64,000 nucleotides of DNA from Candidatus Bathyarchaeota archaeon. GTDB taxonomy: Archaea; Thermoproteota; Bathyarchaeia; Hecatellales; Hecatellaceae. The notes beneath the pieces were generated by a model that had not been told where the DNA came from, made no database searches, and was given only the letters and a program-made list of their open reading frames with translations. Below, in pieces: positions 1 to 9,884 of this stretch (positions are counted from its first letter, which is position 1; each line of letters begins with the position of its first letter). Where the stretch lies: the NCBI GenBank assembly GCA_052246995.1, contig JBQPWD010000002.1, positions 32,001-96,000 of the forward strand, in the 5' to 3' direction. Made by a program: the position numbers and the translations under genes.

Positions 1-387
1 CTTTTAATGGGTGGTTCATGTGGAACTGCAAGAGTTGCTGTTGATAAGCTTAGAGAAAAAGGTGAAAAGGTGGGGTTACTAAAGTTAAGAATGTTTAGAC
101 CTTTCCCCTTTGAGGAACTTTTAAACTTTGCCAAGAAAGTTAAGGCTTTGGCTGTTGTTGACAAAGCAATATCTATTGGTGGTGTTGGCGGCCCAATTTT
201 TAGTGAAATTCGCTCAGCCCTTTATGGTTTGGATGATAAACCTAAAGTTTTAGGTTTTATTGCAGGGATTGGTGGGAGAGATATCACAATCAACGATTTT
301 ATAGGTATTTACAAAAAAACTAGGGCGGTTTTAGCTGGTGAAAAAATAGAGAATGATTTTATGTTCTTCCAGTTGAGGGAGGGGTAG
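1..387 (+). CDS. porA: Pyruvate/2-oxoacid:ferredoxin oxidoreductase alpha subunit, C-terminal part (begins before window)
   Basis: KVGLLKLRMFRPFP and GIGGRDIT motifs; directly upstream of the beta subunit. Confidence 0.9.
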   Translation, partial: LLMGGSCGTARVAVDKLREKGEKVGLLKLRMFRPFPFEELLNFAKKVKALAVVDKAISIGGVGGPIFSEIRSALYGLDDKPKVLGFIAGIGGRDITINDFIGIYKKTRAVLAGEKIENDFMFFQLREG

Positions 388-391
388 CAAA

Positions 392-1321
392 TTGATTTCT
401 GAAAAAGTTTACTTTAAAAGTTTGAAAGAAATCCCTAAAGAAGACTACTTTGTTTATGGACATAGGGCTTGTGCAGGTTGTGCTGAACCTATAATTGTTA
501 AACTTGTTTTAAAATCCATAGGTAAAGATTGTATAGTTATATCCCCAACAGGATGCTTAGAAATCATTTCCTCACCCTATCCATACACTTCATGGGCTGT
601 ACCATGGTATCATGTGGCTTTTGAAAATGCTGCTGCTGTTGCATCAGGTGTTGAAGCCGCACTTAAAGTTCTTATACGTAAGGGTAAACTTCCAAATAAA
701 AAGGTTCACGTTGTTGTTTTTGCTGGTGATGGTGGCACTGCGGATATAGGTTTTCAGGCTCTTTCAGGAGCCCTTGAAAGAGGACATGACCTACTATATG
801 TTTGCCTTGATAATGAAGCATACATGAACACTGGCATCCAAAGGTCAAGTTCAACCCCGTTTGGTGCATGGACAACAACTTCAGCCGTTGGTAAAGTTTT
901 TCTAGGAAAGCCTCAATGGAAAAAGGATATGGCAAAGATTGCTGTTGCACACGACATTCCCTATGTTGCAACCGCTTCGCCAGCGTATCCGTTAGACCTT
1001 ATGAATAAGGCTAGAAGAGGAGTTGAGGTTGATGGTCCTGCATATCTTCACGTCATTAGTCCATGTGTGCCTGGTTGGAGGATTAGGCCTGAGATGACAA
1101 TTAAACTTGCAAGATTGGCAGTTCAAACAGGGATTTTTCCGCTTTATGAAGTTGAGAATGGTGTTCTACGGGTTACAGTTAAAGTTTCTAAGAGGAAGAG
1201 GGTTGAAGAATATCTTAAACTTCAGGGAAGATTTGCCCACTTAACAGAGGATATGGTTAAGAAAATTCAGGAGCATGTTGATAAGGAAGCTGAAAAACTT
1301 GGCTTAGGCTCAAGAGAGTAG
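392..1321 (+). CDS. porB: Pyruvate/2-oxoacid:ferredoxin oxidoreductase beta subunit
   Basis: GHRACAGC, TGC, TPP-binding GDGG...DNEAYMNTGIQRS, and PCVPGW. Confidence 0.93.
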   Translation: MISEKVYFKSLKEIPKEDYFVYGHRACAGCAEPIIVKLVLKSIGKDCIVISPTGCLEIISSPYPYTSWAVPWYHVAFENAAAVASGVEAALKVLIRKGKLPNKKVHVVVFAGDGGTADIGFQALSGALERGHDLLYVCLDNEAYMNTGIQRSSSTPFGAWTTTSAVGKVFLGKPQWKKDMAKIAVAHDIPYVATASPAYPLDLMNKARRGVEVDGPAYLHVISPCVPGWRIRPEMTIKLARLAVQTGIFPLYEVENGVLRVTVKVSKRKRVEEYLKLQGRFAHLTEDMVKKIQEHVDKEAEKLGLGSRE

Positions 1322-1332
1322 GTTTAAATTCT

Positions 1333-1740
1333 TTAAACTATTTTTTCTTTCTTAGTTTTTTCGTCAAAATCTATGTAAACCACTTCTACTATACCCGCCT
1401 GTTTCATAAGTTTTCTACATATGTTGCATGGTGGTGCTGTTACATACATTACTCCACCATTAACACTTATACCATGTTTAGCTGCCATTAATAGTGCATT
1501 TGTTTCGGCATGAACACCTCTACAATCCTCATAACCATGACCCCTAGGTTGGCCCTCTCTTGCACATACACCTATATCTACGCAATGAGCCTCTCCACGC
1601 GGAGCTCCATTATACCCTGAACATAGAAAAAGGTTTTCCTTAACTACTACAGCCCCAACCTTATTTTTTAAACATGTTGAACGTTCAGAAACAACTTTTG
1701 CGATTTTCAACCAATATTCTTCCCATGAAATTCTTTTCAT
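1333..1740 (-). CDS. dCMP deaminase family (ComEB-like) zinc deaminase
   Basis: SWEEYW..RSTC, GYNGAP, HAE and PCxxC motifs. Confidence 0.9.
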   Translation of the reverse strand: MKRISWEEYWLKIAKVVSERSTCLKNKVGAVVVKENLFLCSGYNGAPRGEAHCVDIGVCAREGQPRGHGYEDCRGVHAETNALLMAAKHGISVNGGVMYVTAPPCNICRKLMKQAGIVEVVYIDFDEKTKKEKIV

Positions 1741-1844
1741 ACACCTTCACTACCTCACTAAAACATTGTTTTGTAATTTTTATTTTAACTGGCAAAAAAA
1801 CTTTTACGGAGAACTTTATTAGTTTTGGGAAAAAATAAAGGTTA

Positions 1845-2090
1845 TAGTACCTGCTTAGGATTGTTTCCACTTATGGTTGTTTCAGGAATGATTTATTCTA
1901 TACTTGCAATTTACATTAATGAGGCTGGGCATCAGCTCTTCAGGTTGGTACATTTTTTTACTGTTGGTGTTTTTTAAGAAAATTAGAATAAGAAAGTTTT
2001 TGTGTCAATGGCTATGTTTGTCTTTATTATGCTTTTGCTGAAAACTTAATAGACTCACACTATTGGTAGTCCAGTTTGGGCATCATCATA
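1845..2090 (+). pseudogene. Degraded MFS transporter fragment
   Basis: Frameshifted fragments read LFPLMVVSGMIYSILAIYINE / ASALQVG, KKVFVSMAMF and IGSPVW, which resemble MFS TM1-TM3; stops and frameshifts present; boundaries approximate. Confidence 0.45.
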
Positions 2091-2254
2091 GGTTCGCGTT
2101 TAGGAAAGGGTCCTAGCTGAAACTTATAGTTTTTAGGCATAAAGCTTATTAGATGTTTTATTCTGATGGTGTTGAAGGGTATTTTTAACATGTCTTACGA
2201 CAAGAAACTTAAAATAAGTAAGGTTTTCTTAGACAGGTTTAACCTACTTAAAAC

Positions 2255-2431
2255 CTACTTAAATGTGGAGTAACTTTTGCTATATTCATAAAAAATCAAT
2301 GAACATTTACTGCAAATGTAGATATCCGACATTAGGCTTCGAGTCCTGCCTACCTTTACTGGAATTAATCCAACATGTACACTATTCTCCCCACCACATC
2401 TTGGACATAACCCTTTTCCGTTACCACTCAT
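2255..2431 (-). CDS. Small zinc-ribbon protein (58 aa, CPxCG...CxxC), absent from the ORF track
   Basis: Translates as MSGNGKGLCPRCGGENSVHVGLIPVKVGRTRSLMSDIYICSKCSLIFYEYSKSYSTFK; GGAGG Shine-Dalgarno 7 nt upstream and AT-rich promoter region. Confidence 0.75.
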   Translation of the reverse strand: MSGNGKGLCPRCGGENSVHVGLIPVKVGRTRSLMSDIYICSKCSLIFYEYSKSYSTFK

Positions 2432-2834
2432 ACATATTCCTCCAAAAATTCAAAAATTCTAATAATTATATATTTAATATTATAAATAAACTTTACCTAC
2501 AAAGAATTTAAAGCAAACAATTTACACAAAAACGTAAAAATGTTGTTGAAGATTAGGGAAAACATCATTTTTACTCTCCGTGAACCAAACGTCACAAAAA
2601 TCCTAACATGCTTGGGGCTTGGAGAAATTTTTTCCAAGCTTTTTTCTAGAAGCTTTCCAGCTAGGAGGTTTATGGTTTCACGATCTTAGATTAGATGCTC
2701 CGGTAAGTTGACAGTCTGGTTTTTGCCTCCTCAAGCTTTATTGCAACTTTAAGGTCCAACACTAAGTCAAGTTTGAGCGAACTGGGCTGGAGGTGAGTTT
2801 TTATTTAGCATGTTACGGATTTAAACAATTTGTA

Positions 2835-2909
2835 TGGAGCCGGGGGCAGGATTTGAACCTGCGTTTAGCGAGTCTGCAGCCCGCCGCCTAACCGCTCGGC
2901 CACCCCGGC
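2835..2909 (-). tRNA. tRNA-Cys (GCA), intronless, CCA encoded
   Basis: GCCGGGG/CCCCGGC acceptor stem, GCGGG-CT-GCA-GA-CTCGC anticodon arm, GGTTCAAATCC T arm. Confidence 0.95.
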
Positions 2910-2992
2910 TTCCTTATTTTTATATCCCTTGTTTGTAATTAATTTTTTGTTAACTATCTTTATATGGGTTTGATGGCATCTTAATTTTAGAT

Positions 2993-3622
2993 TTGACAAG
3001 CCAAATAGCTGTAGTTGTTTCTGATGGAAGATTATATTACCAGTTGGTTGAGGAGTTAAAAGGCAGAGGTTTACGCTTTATCGCTAAAAAACCAGGGGAA
3101 AAAATACCTTTAACGGTTAAGGTTGTTTTAACAACAAAGGATCTTGAAAAGTATGTTAGGCATCATACAATTGTTACGGTTGATGAAAAAAACCTTGGTG
3201 AAAGTTTAGCTAAAGCTTTAAAAATTGTTAAAGGTGTTAAAGCTGAGAAATGTGAAAAGTTAATTGTTGGCATTGACCCTGGAAAAAATGTAGGTTTTGC
3301 TGCTGTTGTTGATGGTGTTGTGGTTTTAACGGAAAATTTTAAGAGTTTTCATGAGGCTTATGAAGCTTTGAAAAACGTTTCTGAAATATATTGTCCTGAG
3401 GATATTATAGTGAAGATTGGTAAAGGTTCTTTACCTAAAAATGGCTTAAACAACAAGGTTGGTGATGTTTCAAACTTCGTAAAAAACATCTCAAATAGCT
3501 TTGCTTCTAAGATTAAAGTTTTATTTGTTGATGAAAACCGTACAACAAAAAAGGTTAAAAAGTTAAGGGTTAAAAGAGGGGAAAAAGACAAAAACTCGGC
3601 TGTAGAGATTGCTTTCAGATAA
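2993..3622 (+). CDS. Conserved archaeal protein with RNase H-like (YqgF/RuvC-type) domain
   Basis: LIVGIDPGKNVGFA and VDENRTT motifs. Confidence 0.65.
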   Translation: MTSQIAVVVSDGRLYYQLVEELKGRGLRFIAKKPGEKIPLTVKVVLTTKDLEKYVRHHTIVTVDEKNLGESLAKALKIVKGVKAEKCEKLIVGIDPGKNVGFAAVVDGVVVLTENFKSFHEAYEALKNVSEIYCPEDIIVKIGKGSLPKNGLNNKVGDVSNFVKNISNSFASKIKVLFVDENRTTKKVKKLRVKRGEKDKNSAVEIAFR

Positions 3623-3633
3623 ATGTTGAGGCA

Positions 3634-4752
3634 GTGTTTAGGTTGAACACGGAAAGCAAGTTTGATTTAACAGTTAAGGCTGATAGGACCGTAATAGTTT
3701 CTGGACCTGCATTAGTAAAACTTGTAGAAGGTGAAGTTTCAGTTCTAGGTGCACCGTTAAATTCTGGGGGTGAAATTAAAGTTAGAGAATGTAAATCGTT
3801 GCCATTTTACTGTTCTTCACCAGCAAAACTTACGCTTAACTGTGGTGAAGAATCCTCTTTTAAGGAGGTTGAGGGGGACACCATACCTGAAGATTGGAAA
3901 GAAACTGTTAAAAAGATTTTGATTGAAGCCAAAACCAAAAACATTGGTGTTATGGTTGTTGGTGGAGTTGATACTGGAAAAACAACTTTTACCGTTTACG
4001 CATTAAACAATGCTTTAAAACAATCTTTAAGCGTTAACGTTGTCGATGCAGATATAGGACAGTCTGAAGTTGGGCCCCCAACAACCGTTGGCTGTTGCAG
4101 CCCTAAACACTACGTTTACGACTTTTTCTACGAAAATCCTGACAATGTCATATTTATAGGCTCAATAACTCCTGTAAATGTCCAATCTAGGATGGTTAAA
4201 GCAGTTTCAGACTTATGCTTAAACAGTAAAGAAAACTTTAACCTTACAGTACTAAACACGGACGGCTGGGTTTTAGGTGAGGATGCTAAGAAATATAAGC
4301 TTGAAATGGCAAAAAGTGCTAAGATAGAGTTTATTGTTGCTCTTCACTCTTCAGAAGACGAGCTTTCCCTTGCTGACATGTTTGAAAATAACGGTTTTAC
4401 AGTTTTTATGGTTAAGTCCTCTAGCTATGTAAAAAAAAGAAGCCGTGAAGAGAGAAAAAAGCTTAGATGGCAATCTTACTATAGGTACATGAAAAATTCC
4501 GCGGTAAAGGTGTTTTTGTTGGAGAATGTTAAAGTTGTTGGTAAATTGCAGGAAGAGGGTGTTCTTCTTGGGCTTTACGATAAAAATTCCAGTTTTCTCG
4601 GGCTTGGTGTTTTAAAAAACTTTGATAAAAATAGGGGATTAGTTAAAGTTTTTACACCAGTTAAAGGCAGCGTAGGGATTATTGAAGTTGGAGAAATAAC
4701 TATTAAAGATGAACTGGGCTTACCTTCGTATATACTAAGAATCTTTAGGTAG
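3634..4752 (+). CDS. Clp1/Nol9-family polynucleotide 5'-hydroxyl kinase
   Basis: P-loop GGVDTGKTT, DADIGQSEVGPP, NTDGW and RSREERK motifs. Confidence 0.88.
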   Translation: MFRLNTESKFDLTVKADRTVIVSGPALVKLVEGEVSVLGAPLNSGGEIKVRECKSLPFYCSSPAKLTLNCGEESSFKEVEGDTIPEDWKETVKKILIEAKTKNIGVMVVGGVDTGKTTFTVYALNNALKQSLSVNVVDADIGQSEVGPPTTVGCCSPKHYVYDFFYENPDNVIFIGSITPVNVQSRMVKAVSDLCLNSKENFNLTVLNTDGWVLGEDAKKYKLEMAKSAKIEFIVALHSSEDELSLADMFENNGFTVFMVKSSSYVKKRSREERKKLRWQSYYRYMKNSAVKVFLLENVKVVGKLQEEGVLLGLYDKNSSFLGLGVLKNFDKNRGLVKVFTPVKGSVGIIEVGEITIKDELGLPSYILRIFR

Positions 4753-4764
4753 AGATAGGAAAAT

Positions 4765-5463
4765 TTAATCTCTAACTTTTTTTCTCAACTTTTCAACTAT
4801 CAGCTTAACTTTTTCACACCTTCCACCATTCTTACACTGGATTATTTGTAGAGAATCTTTTGGTGTTAAAGGTAAGAATTCTTCAACGCCACATTTTCTT
4901 ACAATACTTAATGCTACTCTCTGAAGCTCACCTACAAGCTTTGAATCTACAAGGTCTGCTAAATGAACAATTAACGCTTCTACAGTTCTTGGTGGTATAG
5001 GACTTGCCTCCCCATGTGATGCTGCAAGCACATGAATAAAGTCTAACGGTAATCCCTGATTATATGCTTCAGCCACAAGTATAGATAGATGGTCTAACCT
5101 TTCACCTAAACCTGAGAAATCAAATTTTCCATCTTCCTCTTGAGTATATGTCAATGGTTTATAGAGGTCATGTAGTAATGCTCCAGCTAAAACATAGTCC
5201 CTATTTATCCCCTTACACCCATAAACTTTTTCCAATATTTCAACAAGCATCAAAGCGATTTTAACGGTTGATAGTGTATGTTGGACTAATCCCCCAGTAT
5301 AGGAGTGATGATGAGATTTACCAGCAGGAGAAACATAAAAATGTAAACTCCTCGACTCACCAAAACTGGTTATGGAAGATTTAAAAAACTTTTTAACTCT
5401 AACCATAAACTTTTTATCCCTTATTTTCTTAAAAAGGATGTCAATATCCCTTTTTAAACTCAT
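4765..5463 (-). CDS. HD-domain phosphohydrolase, probably MptB-like (dihydroneopterin 2',3'-cyclic phosphate phosphodiesterase)
   Basis: PAGKSHHHSYTGGLVQHT, LLHD and HLAD motifs; no N-terminal OB fold of YhaM. Confidence 0.7.
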   Translation of the reverse strand: MSLKRDIDILFKKIRDKKFMVRVKKFFKSSITSFGESRSLHFYVSPAGKSHHHSYTGGLVQHTLSTVKIALMLVEILEKVYGCKGINRDYVLAGALLHDLYKPLTYTQEEDGKFDFSGLGERLDHLSILVAEAYNQGLPLDFIHVLAASHGEASPIPPRTVEALIVHLADLVDSKLVGELQRVALSIVRKCGVEEFLPLTPKDSLQIIQCKNGGRCEKVKLIVEKLRKKVRD

Positions 5464-5557
5464 AACTTAGTACACCTAAAAACTATTAATCAGCAAGTTA
5501 GCTATAAGTTAAAGCTACAAAAAGCTAATTTAAACCTAAAAGGTCTACTAGATTAAG

Positions 5558-5644
5558 GCCGGGGTGGCGGAGTTGGTAACGCGCCGGACTCGAGATCCGG
5601 TGAGCCTTTAAAGGCTCGTATGGGTTCAAATCCCATCCCCGGCG
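5558..5644 (+). tRNA. tRNA-Ser (CGA), intronless
   Basis: CCGGA-CT-CGA-GA-TCCGG anticodon arm, long variable arm GAGCC..GGCTC, GGTTCAAATCC T arm. Confidence 0.95.
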
Positions 5645-6247
5645 CTACATCCTCATCAGCATTTTCTTAATGAACCGAGAACTTTGGTTTTGGAGAAGGT
5701 CTCCCTTTCAAGCCTAGCTTCAATATTAACCACGCAATCACTTTCATCAGCAGCTTTAATACGAAAACATAGAACAGTATGATAGCATCAGAAGCATGAA
5801 ATGTTTTACACGATACTCATTTTCTTTTTATAAGTTTATTAGCAGAAAAATTTGTGTAAATGGTGCAACTAGTAGTAGCTATGAATTACAAAAAGCTATG
5901 GCCTTTATCCTTGTACTTAGCTTCTTATGAGTTTCCAGAAGAATAAAGGATCCTGGTTAAACAAGGAATTGGTAAGTATTCTTCTGAAAGGAAGACCAAC
6001 AACATAAAAAGTGTGAGATGTTATTTTCTTTCTGGAATGCTATCTGTTAACTCCATTCATCCCAACCGAAGGGTTAATTTCATATCTATCTTTAACCTTT
6101 AAAATAAAGTTTGCTAGTTTTCTTTTTCTAGGCCCTATGCGAATTTCAATAAGCATACAACCAATTATTTCTCAAAACATTTTTAAAAACTAACGTTAGT
6201 TTTAAGTATCACTTAATCCCACAATTTTTTCATAAAAAGGTTATGGT

Positions 6248-7693
6248 GTGTGGATTTTTATGCCTTTAAGAACACCTCAACAGTATTTTGAAGCGCTTAA
6301 AAAAATGAAACCAAATGTTTACATCGATGGGGAGTTAGTAGGCAGAGATGACCCTAAACTTAGACCAGGTATAAACGTTATTGCTAAAACCTATGAGCTT
6401 GCTCAAAACCCTGAATATCAGAATCTTATTTTAGCAACATCCCATCTTACAGGTGAAAAAATTAACAGGTTTACTCATATAAACAGAAGTCAAGAAGACT
6501 TGTTAAAAAAACAGGAGATGATTCGTAGGCTTTGTCATGTTACTGGTGGATGTATCCAACGTTGTATGGGTTGTGACGCAATAAATGCTCTTTCAGTTGT
6601 AACCTATGAAGCTGACAAAAAATATGGAACAAGTTATTATGAAAACTTTATAAAGTTTTTAAGGTTTTTTCAGCAAAACGACCTATGTGCCGCTGCTGCT
6701 CAAACAGATGTTAAAGGTAATAGGGTTCTAAGGCCTCATCAACAGAAAGATCCGGATCTTTATATGCGTATTGTTGAGAAAAGAGATGATGGTATAATCG
6801 TTAGGGGAGCAAAAAATCATATAACGATGGCTTCCTACGCAGATGAAATCATAGTTCTACCTACAAGGGCAATGACAGAGAGGGACAAAAACTGGGCTGT
6901 TTCTTTTGCTGTTCCAGGAGATTGGGAAGGTGTTAAACATGTTGTACGTGCAACAGCGCCAAGACCTAGAGAAAAACTACATGCTCCTATTGAGGAGTTT
7001 GGTGTTGGAGACTCTTTTATAATATTTAACGATGTTTTTGTTCCATGGGATCGTGTGTTTCTTTGTGGTGAATGGGATTTTGCAGGTCTTCTTGCTCATC
7101 ATTTTGCTAATTACCATAGACATAGCTACACTGGATGTAAGCCCGCGGTTACAGATATAATGCTTGGCTCAGCAGCACTTGTAGCAGAATATAATGGTAT
7201 TGAAGACCGTCCGCATGTAAGAACCAAGCTTGTTGAGATGGCTTGCCTTGCTGAGCTTGTATATGCCGCAGGTGTTGCATCTGCAGTTAAATCTACAATT
7301 TCAGGCTCAGGTACATGTGTACCTGACATGATATTTACCAATGCCGGAAGACGTCATGCCGGAGTAAATATCTATCATGAATTTGATGTGGTAACAGAGC
7401 TTGCAGGCGGTCTTCCTGCAACATTACCGTTTGAAAAAGACTTTTATAATCCTGAGGTTGGACCACTGCTTGAGAAATATATTATGAGAAAAGAGAATAT
7501 TTCTTCTGAAAAGCAGCATAGGTGTTTTAGGTTTCTTTCAGACATTCTTTGTTCAGCATTAGCTGGAGTAACCCAGATTGCAGGGGTTCATGGTGGAGGT
7601 TCCCCAATAATGGAGGAAATTATAATATCTCAGGTATACAACTTTGAAGAAAGAAAGAGTATCGCTAAAAAGCTTGCAGGTATAAAGGATTAA
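6248..7693 (+). CDS. abfD: 4-hydroxybutyryl-CoA dehydratase / vinylacetyl-CoA isomerase family (start probably ATG 6260)
   Basis: CIQRCMGCD and YHRHSYTGCK Fe-S ligand motifs, TDVKGNR, HGGGSP. Confidence 0.8.
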   Translation: MWIFMPLRTPQQYFEALKKMKPNVYIDGELVGRDDPKLRPGINVIAKTYELAQNPEYQNLILATSHLTGEKINRFTHINRSQEDLLKKQEMIRRLCHVTGGCIQRCMGCDAINALSVVTYEADKKYGTSYYENFIKFLRFFQQNDLCAAAAQTDVKGNRVLRPHQQKDPDLYMRIVEKRDDGIIVRGAKNHITMASYADEIIVLPTRAMTERDKNWAVSFAVPGDWEGVKHVVRATAPRPREKLHAPIEEFGVGDSFIIFNDVFVPWDRVFLCGEWDFAGLLAHHFANYHRHSYTGCKPAVTDIMLGSAALVAEYNGIEDRPHVRTKLVEMACLAELVYAAGVASAVKSTISGSGTCVPDMIFTNAGRRHAGVNIYHEFDVVTELAGGLPATLPFEKDFYNPEVGPLLEKYIMRKENISSEKQHRCFRFLSDILCSALAGVTQIAGVHGGGSPIMEEIIISQVYNFEERKSIAKKLAGIKD

Positions 7694-7724
7694 ACAAATT
7701 TTAACCCTCAAACTTTATCTTTTT

Positions 7725-8423
7725 ATGATGAAAAATTTAACAGTAGATAAATCAACAATTCCTGAATGGTTTAACATATTTAAAGCTAGAAAGATTCAGC
7801 AGGAATTTGCTAAGAAGGTTATAATTAAAGAGCTTTCCCTTAAAAATGTTAAAACTATTTGTGGGTTTGATGTTGCATACAAAGGCGAGAATGCTTATGC
7901 TTCTGCTGTTGTTTTAAATTTTAAAGATCTAAGCATGCTTGAACTTAGCGTTTTAAAATTACCTGTCAAGTTTCCTTATATTCCAACCTTACTATCTTTT
8001 CGTGAAGCACCTTTAATTTTTAAAGTTTTTAGTGTACTTAAAACTAAACCTGATGTGTTGATGGTTGAAGGACATGGTTTGGCTCATCCTTATGGTTGCG
8101 GTTTAGCAACTCATGTGGGTGTTGTTTTAAGGCTTCCAACTATAGGTGTTGCTAAAAAACTTTTATGTGGTTTTGAAGGTAAATTTGTAGATGGTAAGGC
8201 TAAGATAATGTATGATGGCAAAGTTGTTGGTTACGCTGTTAAGGTAAAAGGTGAAGATAAGCCAATATACGTTAGTGTTGGAAACATGTTGACGTTTGAA
8301 GATGCGTTAAAGATTACGTGTAAATGCTTGAAAGGTAGTAGACTTCCAGAACCTTTAAGATTGGCTCATATTTACGCGGAAAAGTATAAAAGGGAAAACT
8401 TGAAGGAGATAAGGGAAGCTTGA
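7725..8423 (+). CDS. nfi: Endonuclease V
   Basis: GFDVAY, FPYIPTLLSFRE, GHGLAHP, GVAK and PEPLRLAH motifs. Confidence 0.92.
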   Translation: MMKNLTVDKSTIPEWFNIFKARKIQQEFAKKVIIKELSLKNVKTICGFDVAYKGENAYASAVVLNFKDLSMLELSVLKLPVKFPYIPTLLSFREAPLIFKVFSVLKTKPDVLMVEGHGLAHPYGCGLATHVGVVLRLPTIGVAKKLLCGFEGKFVDGKAKIMYDGKVVGYAVKVKGEDKPIYVSVGNMLTFEDALKITCKCLKGSRLPEPLRLAHIYAEKYKRENLKEIREA

Positions 8424-9094
8424 GAAAAGAATATTATCTTTTTCCTCTTATGAAGATTGCTCAGCTTGGAGGTATAAAAAAGTTCATCTTTACCTCAACA
8501 AAAAAACTTTCTGTTGAACTTGGTTGTTCTCAGCAAACAGCATCAAGAATTTTAAAGCAGCTTTCACATGAAGGCTTTATTGAAAGAAAAGTTAACCATC
8601 GTGGAGAATATTTAAAATTGACTGATAAGGGTTTAGAAGAGCTTAAAAATCTTTACACAACAATTCACTCCATACTTTACGTAAAAAAGCCTGAATTTTT
8701 AACGTTAAAGGGCAAAGTTTTTTCAGGGTTTGGAGAAGGAGCATACTATGTTACACGTAAAGGTTACATGGCGCAGTTTATCCGTAAACTTGGATTTAAA
8801 CCATATCCTGGTACATTAAACCTTAAACTTTTAACTCAGCAAGATATTTTAGCTAGGAAAGAACTGGAAAAGCTTGAAGGAATACCTATTGAAGGTTTTA
8901 GCAACGGGCGTAGGACGTATGGTATGTTAAAATGTTACCCATCTGTTGTGGAAGATAAGATTAAGGGAGCCATCCTGCTTATTCAAAGAACCCACTATAA
9001 CTCGTCTGTGTTGGAAGTTATAGCGCCAATATATCTAAGGGGAAAGCTTAACTTAAAGGATGGTGATATTGTAAAATTAAAGGTACTCATTTAA
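8420..9094 (+). CDS. ribK: CTP-dependent riboflavin kinase with N-terminal winged helix (RbkR-type)
   Basis: SQQTASR HTH; GKVFSGFGEGAYY, PYPGTLN and RTHY motifs. Confidence 0.92.
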   Translation: MRKEYYLFPLMKIAQLGGIKKFIFTSTKKLSVELGCSQQTASRILKQLSHEGFIERKVNHRGEYLKLTDKGLEELKNLYTTIHSILYVKKPEFLTLKGKVFSGFGEGAYYVTRKGYMAQFIRKLGFKPYPGTLNLKLLTQQDILARKELEKLEGIPIEGFSNGRRTYGMLKCYPSVVEDKIKGAILLIQRTHYNSSVLEVIAPIYLRGKLNLKDGDIVKLKVLI

Positions 9095-9119
9095 CATGGC
9101 ATAGCTGGGAAGAGAAAAC

Positions 9120-9716
9120 TTGTTTAGCAAAACTGAGATTAAACATTTAATCATAGCTTGGATAGTTTTAGGTTTTTGTTTTTCCTTAACATGGTTGTTT
9201 GGCAATCCAAAAATGTTTCCATTAATGCTTGTTATTTCACTTACAGCTGTTGGCTCTGGTTTCATTTTTCATGAATTAGCCCATAAGTTTGTGGCTTTAA
9301 AACTTGGATGCTGGGCTGAATTTAGAATGTGGGGTTGGGGTTTAATTATGGCTTTAGCTTTTGCTTTAATGTCTGGTGGCGGGATAATTTTTGCAGCTCC
9401 AGGTGCGGTTTACATCATCCCTAAATACATCTGGAGTTTGGAAGTTGATAAAAAGGGAAATGGTTTAATAGCTTTGGCAGGTCCTCTGACAAATCTTCTG
9501 TTGGCTTTTATCTTTTTGCTAGTTTATCAAGAATTTGCTGGGGTAGTTGGAATTCTAGGTTTGATTGGTTTTAGAATTAATCTTTGGCTTGCAGCTTTTA
9601 ACTTAATACCATTTATGGGTTTAGATGGCAGTAAAATTTTTTTCTGGAATCCTTTAATCTGGGCTTCAATCACAATTCCAGCGTGGATTTACACCGCTTA
9701 CAACTTTTTTACTTAA
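9120..9716 (+). CDS. M50 family (site-2-like) membrane metallopeptidase
   Basis: HELAH, ALAGP and FNLIPxxxLDG motifs; hydrophobic segments. Confidence 0.88.
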   Translation: MFSKTEIKHLIIAWIVLGFCFSLTWLFGNPKMFPLMLVISLTAVGSGFIFHELAHKFVALKLGCWAEFRMWGWGLIMALAFALMSGGGIIFAAPGAVYIIPKYIWSLEVDKKGNGLIALAGPLTNLLLAFIFLLVYQEFAGVVGILGLIGFRINLWLAAFNLIPFMGLDGSKIFFWNPLIWASITIPAWIYTAYNFFT

Positions 9717-9884
9717 ACCTCAAATATTGCTGTTACGCCAAGCTTTTTTATTTCCAACATCTCATCCATGTTGTTAGAAGTCCCACATGGTAGTACTTTT
9801 CAATACCATAATTACCAATTGACTGTACATCAATAACCTACAACATTTTTGCTTAACTTTTAAAAAAAGATTCTATTGTAAGGT

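Noticed and set aside
2263-2511. Track ORF on + strand (82 aa)
   Set aside because: Shadow of the minus-strand zinc-ribbon gene, which has the SD and motif support.
2672-2692. WFHDLR peptide near tRNA-Cys suggesting a tyrosine integrase remnant
   Set aside because: Isolated short match followed by a stop, with no other integrase motifs in register.
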